Virus record (IMG/VR): IMGVR_UViG_3300031857_000055
Location: 32,001-96,000 of that record
From: a virus
Length of the DNA stretch: 64,000 nt
Strand: one strand, 5' to 3'
Part shown: piece by piece, positions 10,238-20,232 of the stretch
Layout of the letters: each line of letters begins with the position of its first letter
How positions within the stretch are numbered: the first letter of the stretch is position 1
Notes under the pieces: model-generated
Seen by the model: only the letters and a program-made list of their open reading frames with translations
Databases searched by the model: none
Told to the model about the DNA's origin: nothing
Position numbers and translations under genes: made by a program

Positions 10238-10550
10238 AGTAATTGTTATTTGGGAAAGTCAGAAGGTTGACAAGCCAGAGTTTAGGCTGTATTATGATGA
10301 CAAGGGCTGTGTTATTAACTACACATGTGAACCTCATGAGGGTAACTATATTGTTATTGATGCCCTAACATTTGCTGAGGCTAGACCCGACATTAAAGTT
10401 ATTGACGGGAAGATCATTAAAAATCATTTTGGTTCAGTGATGAGTAAACTATGCAAAGACACTGAGGGTGTTCTTTGTGAGGTTGAAGACATAAGCATTA
10501 TCACTGAAACTGACGGACAACATTGGAAATTAAAAACTTATGAATTATGA
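10230..10550 (+). CDS. Hypothetical protein
   Basis: 106 aa, overlaps both neighbours (translational coupling). Confidence 0.65.
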   Translation: MDEVIVIWESQKVDKPEFRLYYDDKGCVINYTCEPHEGNYIVIDALTFAEARPDIKVIDGKIIKNHFGSVMSKLCKDTEGVLCEVEDISIITETDGQHWKLKTYEL

Positions 10551-11490
10551 TGACATTGTAGATATCGCAGACCTAGACTGCATCTATCTAAGCTATGACG
10601 AACCTCAGAAAGAAGAATTCTGGATCAAGATTAAGAACATGGTTCCGTGGGCTAAGCGAGTAGACGGAGTTAAGGGTAGTGATGCTGCACACAAGGCAGC
10701 AGGAGAAGCAAGTGAGACAGAACGTTTCATTCTCATTGACGGCGACAACATGCCGGACGAAGACTTCTTCAATCTACAGTTAGACTTTACAGGATTAGAT
10801 GAAAACTACAAGTTAGCGCAATATCGTTGGAGAGCGGTCAACGCAATCAACGGTCTGCGTTATGGCAACGGCGGTATGAGTTCTTGGACTAAGACTTATG
10901 TTGCCAACATGAAGACCCATGAGACAAGTGACGGAAGTGATACAACAGCGGTTGATTTCTGCATGGATTCTTCAGATAATCTATACTGGGCAATGCACGA
11001 TTGCTACTCTACAACGTATCCTAACTACACTCCCTTCCAAGCGTGGAGAGCAGGATTCCGTGAAGGTGTCAAGATGGTGCTTGATCGGGGTGCAAAGCCC
11101 AGTATAGACGAATTTCGTGAACGAGTTGCTGGACGCAATCTAAACAATCTTACTATTTGGCATAACGTTGGCGCAGATGTAGAGAATGGTCTTTGGGCTA
11201 TCTATGGTGCAAGATTAGGCACGCATATGACCATGCTTACTGATTGGAATTATCGTGATGTTGCAGACTTTGACAACTACCCTGCATTGTGGGACAAATA
11301 TAAGCACAACAATCCAGTCCTTAGTGCTGGGTTTATCGGAGAAGAACTTGAGAGTAAGTTAGGATTACCAATGTGTACTCTTGATGCTGAACAGTCTAAG
11401 TTCTTCAAGCGCCACTATAATTCAGACAAGTATAACATGGGTCCTCTCGTTAAGGAGATGGACGTAATCCGCAGAATTGAAGGATGGTAA
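10540..11490 (+). CDS. GT-A (family 2-like) glycosyltransferase-like protein
   Basis: 'DCIYLSYDE...RVDGVKGSDAAHKAA...FILIDGDN' with DxD. 'AWRAGFREGVK' also matches the C-terminal domain of 37911..43901. Confidence 0.6.
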   Translation: MNYDDIVDIADLDCIYLSYDEPQKEEFWIKIKNMVPWAKRVDGVKGSDAAHKAAGEASETERFILIDGDNMPDEDFFNLQLDFTGLDENYKLAQYRWRAVNAINGLRYGNGGMSSWTKTYVANMKTHETSDGSDTTAVDFCMDSSDNLYWAMHDCYSTTYPNYTPFQAWRAGFREGVKMVLDRGAKPSIDEFRERVAGRNLNNLTIWHNVGADVENGLWAIYGARLGTHMTMLTDWNYRDVADFDNYPALWDKYKHNNPVLSAGFIGEELESKLGLPMCTLDAEQSKFFKRHYNSDKYNMGPLVKEMDVIRRIEGW

Positions 11491-12887
11491 TGTCAGAATC
11501 AGAAACAGACAGAATTAAAAGAATCCGCGACTTTATTGATGTGAACACTACGCCTACATTCTGTTTGGCTAAGTGGCAGCATGTCACAATGTATCTACAG
11601 TCGGGTGAGACACACTCTTGCTATCACCCAAAGCCGCACAAGATTCCATTAGCTGAGTTAAAAGATAACCCAAGTGCATTGCATAATACGATGCACAAGA
11701 AGCTTGAGCGTAAAGAAATGCTTGAGGGGAAGAAGCCAGAAGGCTGTCAATATTGCTGGAACATTGAAGAAATGGGCCCTGACTATATCAGCGACAGACA
11801 TATTCGCAACGCAAGTATTTTTACAAAGGAACGCTATGAACAAGCCAGTAAGGGAGCCTGGGACCAAAACATCAACCCAGAGTATTTGGAAATTAATTTT
11901 GGTAACGAGTGTAATTTTAAATGCGGCTATTGCCATCCGAAATATAGTACAAGATTCTACAAAGAAATAGAAGACTTCGGTCCTGTTGAGAACGTAAAGA
12001 ATCATCGCTGCGATGTTGACTGGATGAAGCTATTTCAACGTGAAGAAGAAAACCCGTATGTTGATGCTTTCTGGGAATGGTGGCCTGAGCTACGCAAGAC
12101 ACTAAACATCATGCGTGTTACCGGTGGCGAACCCACACTGCACAAGTCAACATGGACACTGTTAGATAAGATTGATGAAGACCCAATGCCCTGGCTTGAG
12201 CTTAACATCAATAGCAATCTCGGCACTAAGAATATTCTTATTGATCGCCTTGCCGTCAAAGTAAAGAAGCTGGTAGACGAAAAGAAAATTCGTGCATTCA
12301 AGCTGTTTACAAGCATGGACACATGGGGTGAACGTGCTGAGTATATTCGCACTGGTCTTGAATTAGAGCTATGGGAAAAGAATTTTCACACCTATGTTCA
12401 AAAGAGTGAAAGCCCCATCACATTCATGATCACGTTCAACATCTTCTCAGTGACGAGCTTCAAGAGCTTGCTTGAGAAGTTCTTAGAGTGGCGCAGACAA
12501 TATGGCTGGGATGAAGAACGCAAGCAGCATATCATTCGCTTTGACACGCCGTATCTACGTGAGCCTATTCAATACGATATGAACATTCTTCCTAAGGAAC
12601 AGTTCATGCCCTACATGTACGAGTCATTGAAGTTTATGGAAGACAACTTAGATGACACTCGTGCAGACGCCTTCAGCACAATTGAATATGAAAAGTTCAA
12701 ACGAGTTGTTGACTATATGGCAGAAACAGTGTATAGTGAAGACAAGCTAATTGAAGGTCGCAGAGATTTCTATAATTGGTTTAATGAATTGGATGATCGT
12801 CGTGAGAATGATTTGTTGACTGTCTTCCCAGAAATGATGGATTTTTATAAATTATGTCAACAAGTAAATTTGACGAACCCTCTCTGA
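11484..12887 (+). CDS. Radical SAM protein with N-terminal twitch domain
   Basis: CNFKCGYC (CxxxCxxC) and GGEP. N-terminal 'FCLAKW...SCYH...GCQYCW'. Confidence 0.9.
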   Translation: MVMSESETDRIKRIRDFIDVNTTPTFCLAKWQHVTMYLQSGETHSCYHPKPHKIPLAELKDNPSALHNTMHKKLERKEMLEGKKPEGCQYCWNIEEMGPDYISDRHIRNASIFTKERYEQASKGAWDQNINPEYLEINFGNECNFKCGYCHPKYSTRFYKEIEDFGPVENVKNHRCDVDWMKLFQREEENPYVDAFWEWWPELRKTLNIMRVTGGEPTLHKSTWTLLDKIDEDPMPWLELNINSNLGTKNILIDRLAVKVKKLVDEKKIRAFKLFTSMDTWGERAEYIRTGLELELWEKNFHTYVQKSESPITFMITFNIFSVTSFKSLLEKFLEWRRQYGWDEERKQHIIRFDTPYLREPIQYDMNILPKEQFMPYMYESLKFMEDNLDDTRADAFSTIEYEKFKRVVDYMAETVYSEDKLIEGRRDFYNWFNELDDRRENDLLTVFPEMMDFYKLCQQVNLTNPL

Positions 12888-13114
12888 GAAATAGAAAATG
12901 GGAGTGCATTGGTATGGATATGCCTAGCCAAAATGCCGTATATAATATCCGTGCGCAAGAAATCAGAGATTGGATTGAAGAACAACCGACAGTCATGTGG
13001 GCGCAGTATGGTATAGATGAGATTTACGAGGGTAAACCTATATCTGCAATGTTTGGGCAGAACTATGTCTTTACAGAAGAAATGGAGGCGTGGTTCACGT
13101 TAAGATGGGTATGA
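12854..13114 (+). CDS. Small hypothetical protein (C-terminal F-x-L-R-W family)
   Basis: 86 aa ending 'FTEEMEAWFTLRWV'. Overlaps both neighbours. Confidence 0.6.
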   Translation: MSTSKFDEPSLRNRKWECIGMDMPSQNAVYNIRAQEIRDWIEEQPTVMWAQYGIDEIYEGKPISAMFGQNYVFTEEMEAWFTLRWV

Positions 13115-14373
13115 ATTTAACAGATAAAGCAAAGAATAGCAAAACTTTTTGTGTGTATCCCTGGATACACATTCATACCAGTCCAATGGGAGCTATTGCA
13201 CCATGCTGCATAGGGGCGTCGGTGTCAAACACCGATTTAGCCGACGAAGTAAAAGGAAAACGTCTTGATGATTTAGTAAATCATGACAGAATCAAGCAGT
13301 TACGGTTAGACATGCTTGCAGGAAAAAAATGTAGTGAATGTAAAATCTGTTATGAATTAGAAGATGCAGGGGTTGATAGTTTTAGAGTAACGGGCTTGAG
13401 AGAATATCCTGAGGTCGCTGAGGAATTAGTAACTGACACTAATATAGATGGATCACTGTCTAATTTTGAAATGCGTTATTTTGATATGCGCTTTAGTAAC
13501 ATTTGTAACTTCAAGTGTAGAACTTGCGGTCAAGAATATAGCAGTCAGTGGGAACAAGAAAATCTACGAAACAACGTATCATATGCAAGGATGTTTTCTA
13601 AAGGTGCCGAAACTGAATTACTTGAAGATGTGTTAGAACAAGTACCCAACTTTGAAACTGCGTATTTTGCAGGCGGTGAACCTCTGATTACCGAAGAACA
13701 TTATATTATCCTAGAAGAAATGATTCGTAAAGGTAAGACTGATGTGGCATTGCGGTATAATACTAACATGAGCAATATTAAATTCAAGAACAAGGATTTA
13801 ATGTCTCTTTGGAAAAACTTTAAACATGTTAATGTATCTGCGAGTATTGATCATTACGGTGAGAGAGCAGAATATATTAGGCATGGTACTAACTGGTCAG
13901 TTGTAGAAGAAAACTTAAAGATAGCTAAAGAATCAGCCGTGGTTAACTTATCCTTAAATACTGTTCTGAGCGTGTTTAACTTTTTTACCATTGACTCTTT
14001 TTACAAGTATATGCACCACGCTAACATCTATACTAAAAATAGTCCGGAATCAACATTATACTGCATGACCTCGCCTGATCACCTGGCATGTCATTGGTTG
14101 AATCCAGAACATAAACTTATAGGGAATGAGAGCTTAAGTAGAGCAATAAATTTTATGGAACAAGAAAATTTCCGAGAAGGTCACATCCGACATATCAAAG
14201 CAGCATTAAATTGGTCGTGCTCCAAAGACACTTCTGATAACATAGACGGGAGTGGTTATACTAACGCTATCAATTTCAGAAATTCTATTGAGGAACTAGA
14301 CAAGATCAGGGGAGAATCATTTGAGAAGGTATTTCCTGAATTGATTCCAATATTGGAATCTACATATGAATAA
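13111..14373 (+). CDS. Radical SAM protein with N-terminal twitch domain
   Basis: CNFKCRTC and AGGEP. N-terminal 'FCVYPWIH...PCC...CKIC'. ATG at 13111 overlaps previous stop. Confidence 0.9.
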   Translation: MNLTDKAKNSKTFCVYPWIHIHTSPMGAIAPCCIGASVSNTDLADEVKGKRLDDLVNHDRIKQLRLDMLAGKKCSECKICYELEDAGVDSFRVTGLREYPEVAEELVTDTNIDGSLSNFEMRYFDMRFSNICNFKCRTCGQEYSSQWEQENLRNNVSYARMFSKGAETELLEDVLEQVPNFETAYFAGGEPLITEEHYIILEEMIRKGKTDVALRYNTNMSNIKFKNKDLMSLWKNFKHVNVSASIDHYGERAEYIRHGTNWSVVEENLKIAKESAVVNLSLNTVLSVFNFFTIDSFYKYMHHANIYTKNSPESTLYCMTSPDHLACHWLNPEHKLIGNESLSRAINFMEQENFREGHIRHIKAALNWSCSKDTSDNIDGSGYTNAINFRNSIEELDKIRGESFEKVFPELIPILESTYE

Positions 14374-15595
14374 AGACTTTCTCTTAAACGATAGCAAGAC
14401 ATTTTGCATGTTCCCGTGGGTGCATTTAAATGCGACGCCTAAGGGTGACGTATATCCTTGCTGTAGTAATGACTATACAGACCCAGTTGGTAACACTAAG
14501 AATAATTCATTAGAAGAAATCTTTAACAGTCCAAAGATGAAAGAATTACGCTTGGATATGTTAAACGAGCGTAAAAATAAGATTTGCGACTTCTGCTATA
14601 AGCACGAAGAAGCTGGCCCGTATAGTTTCCGTAACTATAGCAAAGAACACTTTGGCAAATACTTTGATGAAATTGTACCCACCACACAAGATGATGGTAC
14701 TGTTGACGAATTCAAGATGAGATATTTTGATATCAGATTTAGTAACATTTGTAACTTTAAGTGCAGAACCTGTGGGTCAGAGTTTAGCTCTAAGTGGGGC
14801 GAAGAAATGCGCAAGAACTACGACCCTAATCATCCCGTGTTAATTCACGTTGATGATAATCGTGGCACAGTTCTTGATGAAGTGTTAGAGCATATTGAAC
14901 ATATTGATCTTGCATACTTTGCGGGCGGCGAACCACTCATCACTGATGAGCATTATACTATGCTTGAGGCAATGATTCGTAAGGGCCGCACTGACATTAC
15001 TCTACGCTATAACACAAATGCAAGCAATATCAAGTATAAAAAGCATGATGTACTTGATTTATGGAAGCATTTTAAAAAGATTGAACTAAGCTGTAGCATT
15101 GATCACTATGGCGAACGTGCTGAGTATATGCGTAAAGGAACAGACTGGGGAGTTGTAGAAAGCAATTTACTTACATTCCGTGAATTGGATTATGTTATCT
15201 TTCAGATGAATACTGTTTTCAGTATCTACAACTACCTCACTATCGGAGACTTTTATCAATATCTTAAGGATAAGAACATCGTGAGAACAGAAGATTGGTA
15301 TCATTCGCTCTATCTTGCCGTACATCCTAATTATTATTGTGCTAAAAGTCTCCCTAAAGAATTAAAAACAGTAGCAGGTGAAAAAGCATTAGCCTGGGCT
15401 AACGCTAATATGGACGACAAGACTTGTGTACCAAGACTCGTGGTAGATGCAGTGAACTTTGCGAACGATACCGATCAGTGGGGCGAAGTCAGAGACAAGT
15501 TCTTGATGCATACTAAGTCAGTTGACAGAATTAGAGGCGAAAACTTCTGGGAAACCTTCCCCGAATTAAATAGATTACAGGATTTATATGAATGA
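14366..15595 (+). CDS. Radical SAM protein with N-terminal twitch domain
   Basis: CNFKCRTC and AGGEP. 'FCMFPWVH...PCC...CDFC'. Close paralog of 13111. Confidence 0.9.
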   Translation: MNKDFLLNDSKTFCMFPWVHLNATPKGDVYPCCSNDYTDPVGNTKNNSLEEIFNSPKMKELRLDMLNERKNKICDFCYKHEEAGPYSFRNYSKEHFGKYFDEIVPTTQDDGTVDEFKMRYFDIRFSNICNFKCRTCGSEFSSKWGEEMRKNYDPNHPVLIHVDDNRGTVLDEVLEHIEHIDLAYFAGGEPLITDEHYTMLEAMIRKGRTDITLRYNTNASNIKYKKHDVLDLWKHFKKIELSCSIDHYGERAEYMRKGTDWGVVESNLLTFRELDYVIFQMNTVFSIYNYLTIGDFYQYLKDKNIVRTEDWYHSLYLAVHPNYYCAKSLPKELKTVAGEKALAWANANMDDKTCVPRLVVDAVNFANDTDQWGEVRDKFLMHTKSVDRIRGENFWETFPELNRLQDLYE

Positions 15596-15714
15596 ACGAA
15601 AAGAAGTACTGTCCCCCATTATCATTGACCACTCAGTGGGAATTTTGGGCTTGGATTTATAATATGAAGCGAAATGACAGTGCAAGGTTCAAGAAGAAGA
15701 AACAGTATGATTGA
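15592..15714 (+). CDS. 40-aa Trp-rich peptide (not in ORF track)
   Basis: MNEKKYCPPLSLTTQWEFWAWIYNMKRNDSARFKKKKQYD. ATGA overlap with upstream stop and 8-nt overlap with downstream ATG 15707; fills the gap exactly. Confidence 0.55.
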   Translation: MNEKKYCPPLSLTTQWEFWAWIYNMKRNDSARFKKKKQYD

Positions 15715-16984
15715 CAAGAATAAAGTAGAAAAGTTAGTTACAGAAGGTAAGCATTTTTGCGTGTTGCCTTGGGTGCATTTTCATGCATGGCCCGATAAGC
15801 GAGTAATGCCTTGCTGCGTTGCTGACAGTAACATGCCGGTAGCTCAAATTGAGGGCGATCAATCTATTATTGAAATGATGAACAGCGACCGCTACAAGGA
15901 AATTCGTGCGGCGATGCTTGATGACATTGAAGTTCCTGAGTGTAAGCGTTGCTTTGACCTTGAGCTTATGGGTACATGGACTATGCGCCAGAGTCATAAT
16001 AAGCGCAGAGGTCAAGACTATGTAAACTACATTGCTGAGAACACACAAGAAGACGGTGCGCTCTCAGAGTTTGAAATGAAGTACATGGACATTCGTTTCA
16101 GCAATCTATGTAACATGAAGTGCCGTAGTTGTGGCCCAGACTGTTCAAGTCAGTGGGCGCAAGAGTTTGTTGACAAGCGTGGAAAACAAATGTGGGAAGA
16201 ATACTTCCCTAATCGTAAAGTAGTCATCAACAATAACGATGACCAAAAGTTTATGGTTAAGTTAAAGCCATATCTTGCAGACGTTTCAGAAGTATACTTT
16301 GCTGGCGGCGAAATTATTATTACGCCAGAGCATTATGAATGTCTTGATTATTGGGTTGAAAATGGTCAGGCAGATACTATTGAATTAAACTATACTACTA
16401 ATTTCTCAACATTACATGGATATAAAGACAAGAACCTACTTGAATATTGGAAGAAGTTCAAGAATATTCAAGTGTGGGCGTCATTAGATGCACACGGTGA
16501 TCTAGCCGAATGTATTCGTAAGGGCACTGATTGGGATAAGATCGTTGCTAACATTAAGAAGTTGAAGGAAGAACTTCCTCACGTACAATTGAGCATTACG
16601 CCTACTATTAGTATTTGGAATATCTTTAAGTTCCCTGACTTCTTTGACTACATGGTTGAAAACAATTTGCTGGATCTAACGATTAGTCCAAGATTTAATC
16701 TTGCGACTAGCCCATGGTATGCTAATGTCATGATTCTTCCTAGACATGTAAAGAACAGATTAGTTGAGCTTTACCGTGTTTATCAGAACAAGTACGGCAA
16801 AGATAATATGGATATTTATAATGGCTTCAAGATGATTATCTATAATCTAAGCGTAGGCGACGAAAACAAAGGAGGCATTCTGGAGTTCAAGCAGTTCAAT
16901 GACGAGCTGGATCAGTTTAGAAATGAGAAGTTTGAAGACCTTGTTCCGGAGATTAAGGAAGTGTACGAGTGGGCCGCAAGTTAA
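15707..16984 (+). CDS. Radical SAM protein with N-terminal twitch domain
   Basis: CNMKCRSC and AGGE. 'FCVLPWVH...PCC...CKRC'. Confidence 0.9.
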   Translation: MIDKNKVEKLVTEGKHFCVLPWVHFHAWPDKRVMPCCVADSNMPVAQIEGDQSIIEMMNSDRYKEIRAAMLDDIEVPECKRCFDLELMGTWTMRQSHNKRRGQDYVNYIAENTQEDGALSEFEMKYMDIRFSNLCNMKCRSCGPDCSSQWAQEFVDKRGKQMWEEYFPNRKVVINNNDDQKFMVKLKPYLADVSEVYFAGGEIIITPEHYECLDYWVENGQADTIELNYTTNFSTLHGYKDKNLLEYWKKFKNIQVWASLDAHGDLAECIRKGTDWDKIVANIKKLKEELPHVQLSITPTISIWNIFKFPDFFDYMVENNLLDLTISPRFNLATSPWYANVMILPRHVKNRLVELYRVYQNKYGKDNMDIYNGFKMIIYNLSVGDENKGGILEFKQFNDELDQFRNEKFEDLVPEIKEVYEWAAS

Positions 16985-17931
16985 TTGCAATTGAGGCACC
17001 TGAGCAATATCTTGCTATTACATGGCAGGTAAACAATTTCTGCAACTTCCGCTGTAGTTATTGTAACCCTGGCAACTGGGCAGGCGAAAATCCTAACAAC
17101 GGTAACCTAGATATCTACATCAATAATCTCAAGGCGATCATTGACAAGTATCTTGATATAGGATATAAAAACTTTAAGTTCTTTTTCAGCGGCGGAGAGC
17201 CTACAGCTTGGAAGAACTTTATTCCTATCTGTGAATTTCTAAATGATTACGTATCATGTACATTAGCAGTCAATACGAATCTAAGCAGACCATTAGCCTG
17301 GTGGGAAAAACATCACCATTTATTTGATGACGTTGTTGCAAGTTATCACGTAGAGTTCGCTAAGAAGGAACGCTACGAAGAAAACAATATCTTTCTATGC
17401 GACAAAGTAAACTACTTGTCAACTAAAATGTTATTACACGATGAGAGATTTTGGGAAGTAGTTGAGTTCGGCAATCATCTAAAGACAGTGATGCCTAATT
17501 ACTTTATTGAGTGGACTCCGCTGTTTGACGAAATGACTGTCAACGCTGGCCCCTGGAAATATGCTGATCCGTTGAAAGAACAGTTTGTACGTGAGAACAC
17601 GATTGAAATCAAGCAGACACTACCTAAGCCCAATAAAAGATGTGAGACAGTCAGCTACAGTAGATATGATGATGGTTTTGTCACACCGACAAATAGCAAT
17701 CAAGTAATTGTAGATGGCGAGAACTTCTTTAGTGGCTGGAAATGCAACGTGGGCGATAGTATCTTCATTAGCCCTAATGGTCAAGTAAGCTTAGCAAGCT
17801 GCGGGCAAGGCGGCGTAGTAGGCCATATTTTAGAAGACATAAGTAAAGTAGGGCCCAAGCAAATCACATGCTTCAAGCAGCATTGTCATTGTGGCACCGA
17901 TATCATCATTCCCAAATTTAAGGTAGACTAA
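16969..17931 (+). CDS. Radical SAM protein with C-terminal SPASM/twitch-like Cys cluster
   Basis: CNFRCSYC and SGGEP. C-terminal 'WKCNVG...SCG...CFKQHCHC'. Confidence 0.88.
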   Translation: MGRKLIAIEAPEQYLAITWQVNNFCNFRCSYCNPGNWAGENPNNGNLDIYINNLKAIIDKYLDIGYKNFKFFFSGGEPTAWKNFIPICEFLNDYVSCTLAVNTNLSRPLAWWEKHHHLFDDVVASYHVEFAKKERYEENNIFLCDKVNYLSTKMLLHDERFWEVVEFGNHLKTVMPNYFIEWTPLFDEMTVNAGPWKYADPLKEQFVRENTIEIKQTLPKPNKRCETVSYSRYDDGFVTPTNSNQVIVDGENFFSGWKCNVGDSIFISPNGQVSLASCGQGGVVGHILEDISKVGPKQITCFKQHCHCGTDIIIPKFKVD

Positions 17932-19259
17932 TGGAAAAGACTAAAGTAGTATATAGTTGGATTGGACCAAGAGGTCCCATATGGAATACTGAGTTACCTA
18001 ATGTGTACTCTTTTGCATGTGTTACCTTCGAAGGCCAAACGAACAGCACTAAGTTTAACGCTGATGACACCTGGCTATCATTTTTTAGTCACGGCAAAGA
18101 CATGTTTGAAATGTATCCTTCTCCTGCTATTGAAGAAAATGATGACAGACATTTTATTATCCCCTTCTCACTTGTATGGAGAATCAACTTTGAAAGTTAT
18201 TTCTTAGGTAGAACAGGACTTCTGGAGTTTGCTCACACGCCATGGCACTTAATTAATCTGGTGCGTGAAAAGAATGGTTATATTTTGATTGACTACAGTG
18301 TAGAAGCATTCTTAGAGCATAGACACATCAATGCACTACATGCTTATTTTGGACAAATACATAATATACCATTGCACAAGATCATTTATTTGACCGGCAC
18401 GGTTAATGCTAAAGAAATTTATGATGAATATTGTTTAGTGAAGAACATTCCCGATACTCCCGAGAATCGTTTAACTATTGTACCATATGCAGCGTCACAG
18501 CATATATTCAGACCAAACCTCGAAGAACATCCCGAACCTGAATATAATACAGAGATAGTTCCGGAAAAGTTATTCTTATCATGGAATCGTAGATATAGGC
18601 AGCATAGACTTGAGCTTGCACCAATTCTTGAGCTACACAATGTAGTTGAGAGAAGTTATATTAGCTTCAGTAGATCACATATTGAAAATCCATCATTAGA
18701 CTTCTTAAATGAAGCCAGCTCACTGTCGTTACATAATAGATTCAATGATTTAGGAATAACTCGTGAAATCGTAGAACGATTTTATAATAGACTTCCATTA
18801 GTATTAGATGGAGAAGACGAAATTGTACAAATGTGTCAAGACCATGATAACGTATCAAGACCTTATTATCAGAATAGTTTGATCAGCTTGATAACTGAAA
18901 CGAACTTTTACAATGTTGAAGGAACATTAACTGAGAAAAGCTTTAAGCCCTTCAAAGAAAAGCATCCATTCATATTAGTAGGGGCATTTGGCTGCTTGAA
19001 AGCTATGAGAGATTTGGGCTTTAGAACATTCGGAGAATTTTGGGATGAGAGTTATGATACAATTCAAGATCCTACTCTGAGAATGAAAGCTATTGCTAAA
19101 ATTATTGAGCAAATGAGTCATTGGTCTAACGAGCAAATATTAGAGTTTAGACGCAATGTTAAACCAATATTGGATCATAACTATCAAGTATTAAAAAATA
19201 GTAGCCGCAGACACATAGTTGAAAAAGTACATCATATTGTGCGAGGAAGCGATGCGTAA
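17931..19259 (+). CDS. Putative GT-B-like transferase ('ET...TEK..KP...HPF...DESYD' family, copy 1)
   Basis: C-terminal 'ITETNF...LTEKSFKPFKEKHPFILVG...GFRTF...DESYD'. TEK motif reminiscent of GT10 fucosyltransferases. Confidence 0.5.
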   Translation: MEKTKVVYSWIGPRGPIWNTELPNVYSFACVTFEGQTNSTKFNADDTWLSFFSHGKDMFEMYPSPAIEENDDRHFIIPFSLVWRINFESYFLGRTGLLEFAHTPWHLINLVREKNGYILIDYSVEAFLEHRHINALHAYFGQIHNIPLHKIIYLTGTVNAKEIYDEYCLVKNIPDTPENRLTIVPYAASQHIFRPNLEEHPEPEYNTEIVPEKLFLSWNRRYRQHRLELAPILELHNVVERSYISFSRSHIENPSLDFLNEASSLSLHNRFNDLGITREIVERFYNRLPLVLDGEDEIVQMCQDHDNVSRPYYQNSLISLITETNFYNVEGTLTEKSFKPFKEKHPFILVGAFGCLKAMRDLGFRTFGEFWDESYDTIQDPTLRMKAIAKIIEQMSHWSNEQILEFRRNVKPILDHNYQVLKNSSRRHIVEKVHHIVRGSDA

Positions 19260-20232
19260 GACAATATTAGTATGTGGGGCGGGTGGTTTTATTGGAAATT
19301 ACTTAGTAGACAGTTTAAAAAGTCAAGGACATTATGTTGTTGGCACTGACTTAAAGAAGCCAATATATAATGAAACTTCAGCAGATGAATTCTATATTAA
19401 AGATTTGAGAGACAAGGATAATGTAGACTATCTATTGTACCTGCACAATTATGACGAAGTATATCAGTTAGCTGCTGACATGGGTGGTGCAGGATATATC
19501 TTTACTGGCGAACACGATGCCGATATCATGCACAACTCAGTTACTATCAATTTGAATGTATTACGAGCAATGATTAAATCAGGGTGCAAGAAAATATTCT
19601 ATAGCTCAAGTGCATGTATGTATCCAGAGCATAATCAACTTGACCCCGATAATCCTATACTGAGCGAAGACAGTGCATACCCTGCTAATCCAGATAGCGA
19701 GTATGGTTGGGAGAAGCTATTCAGCGAACGACTATACATGACTTATGCTAAGAACTATGGCATGGATGTTCGTATCGCACGTTTTCATAATGTGTTTGGA
19801 CCCAATGGAAGCTGGAACAACGGCAAAGAAAAAGCGCCAGCCGCACTATGTAGAAAAGTGGCACTTGCTGATGACAACGGTGAAGTAGAGATTTGGGGTC
19901 CGGGTAATCAGACACGAAGCTTTCTATACATTGATGAGTGTATAGAAGGCATCCATCGTATCATGAATAGTGATTACGATAAGCCCGTCAATCTCGGCAG
20001 TGAACGCATGATTAGCATCAATGACCTTGTGTTACTGATTGCCAGTTTAACTAATAAGAAAGTCACTATCAAGAACGTTGACGGGCCTCGCGGCGTCATG
20101 GGTAGAAAGAGTGACAACAGACTGATTCAAGAAGTCACTGGCTGGAAACCACACGAAGATTTAGAGACAGGTTTAATCAAGACATATCGCTGGATCAATG
20201 AACAGATCATGTTGGGTAGAATAGATCAATAA
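19252..20232 (+). CDS. NAD-dependent nucleotide-sugar epimerase, GDP-mannose 3,5-epimerase-like
   Basis: GAGGFIG Rossmann motif, 'LAADMGG', 'SSAC', YGWEK (YxxxK) and 'KEKAPAALCRK', typical of the GME family. Confidence 0.85.
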   Translation: MRKTILVCGAGGFIGNYLVDSLKSQGHYVVGTDLKKPIYNETSADEFYIKDLRDKDNVDYLLYLHNYDEVYQLAADMGGAGYIFTGEHDADIMHNSVTINLNVLRAMIKSGCKKIFYSSSACMYPEHNQLDPDNPILSEDSAYPANPDSEYGWEKLFSERLYMTYAKNYGMDVRIARFHNVFGPNGSWNNGKEKAPAALCRKVALADDNGEVEIWGPGNQTRSFLYIDECIEGIHRIMNSDYDKPVNLGSERMISINDLVLLIASLTNKKVTIKNVDGPRGVMGRKSDNRLIQEVTGWKPHEDLETGLIKTYRWINEQIMLGRIDQ

